In this document: one piece after another, positions 63,360 through 64,000 of the stretch | Layout of the letters: each line of letters begins with the position of its first letter | Numbering within the stretch: the first letter of the stretch is position 1 | Source: Phoronis australis | Taxonomy: Eukaryota > Animalia > Phoronida | DNA length: 64,000 nucleotides | NCBI GenBank assembly: GCA_002633005.1 | Contig: NMRA01000335.1 | Location: forward strand, 1 to 64,000 | Direction of reading: 5' to 3' | Notes under the pieces: model-generated | The model's database searches: none | What the model saw: only the letters and a program-made list of their open reading frames with translations | What the model was told of the DNA's origin: nothing | Position numbers and translations under genes: made by a program

Positions 63360-64000
63360 AGGCGGATTCAACCACTGTAATACCTCTTAGTGTCCATTTT
63401 GTTCTCGACGCAGGGGTTTTTAAGTGTTGACATAGAAGTATATTATGAGATTGTGGCGGCAACATTTACATTTCTGCCGGATTCGACTGCTGCAGTACCT
63501 CCTTATACAAAGGTGGGTGTTATCAATGCGCCGGCACTATTAAATTCTCTGCTGGATTCGACTACCGTTGCACCCCCAGTGGCAATATTATTATCGACAA
63601 AGGGTTTTCAAATGTTGTTTTGCGGAAGAGCGTTTCCGGATGATATCTGGAGAACCGATTGGTAGATTTCATTGAGGCTTGACTCAGAGGTATATTATGA
63701 AATTATGGGGGCACCATTTGATTTTCGGGTGGATTCGACTACTGTATTGCCTCCTAGTGGCCATTTTGGGTGAGATTGTTTCCGCATGTATTGAACTGAG
63801 TGAAGGATTTCAATGAAAATTGACGTAAAGGTTTGGTGGCACCATAAACACTTTCGGGTAGATTCGACTACTGTAGAATCGTTTTTGGTTTCGACATGGG
63901 CTTTTCAAGTGTTGTTTGGAGGAAGAGCGTTACCGGATGACATATAAAGAATCAATTGGCAGATTTCATTGAAGCTTAACACAGAAGGTACATTATGAAA
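63360..64000 (+). mobile_element. Further element of tandem subrepeats (HINE-like), running off the window
   Basis: Repeated GATTCGACTACTGT, GGAAGAGCGTT(T/A)CCGGATGA and GCCTCCTAGTGGCC-type blocks. Confidence 0.55.

Overview
This is eukaryotic DNA, most likely from an invertebrate metazoan (organism not determinable): AT-rich, with spliceosomal introns and many repeats. It holds two protein-coding loci. One is an intronless 577-aa ankyrin-repeat gene (1387-3120, +). The other is a large polycystin-1-like gene (+), for which I rebuilt 20 phase-consistent GT-AG exons by hand (29628-63024, about 2,285 aa: PKD1-type N-terminal module, PKD repeats, REJ, start of GAIN). Its first exon(s) were not located and its 3' end lies beyond the window. 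The rest is mostly transposon debris: a P-superfamily element with 31-bp TIRs and a spliced THAP remnant, a Kolobok-type element with a P2X7-ballast/KolX-like remnant, Helentron-like (HINE) elements carrying periodic CTCF-like motifs, Hero and Penelope retroelement fragments, a foldback element, MITEs and tandem repeats. A near-identical duplication of about 3.4 kb ends at an N and may be an uncollapsed haplotype. Most short ORFs in the supplied track are spurious. There is no CRISPR array or prokaryotic system, and I found no demonstrably new biological system. The most speculative lead is the pair of convergent CTCF-like motif arrays. All family assignments come from motif recognition by eye, not database searches.
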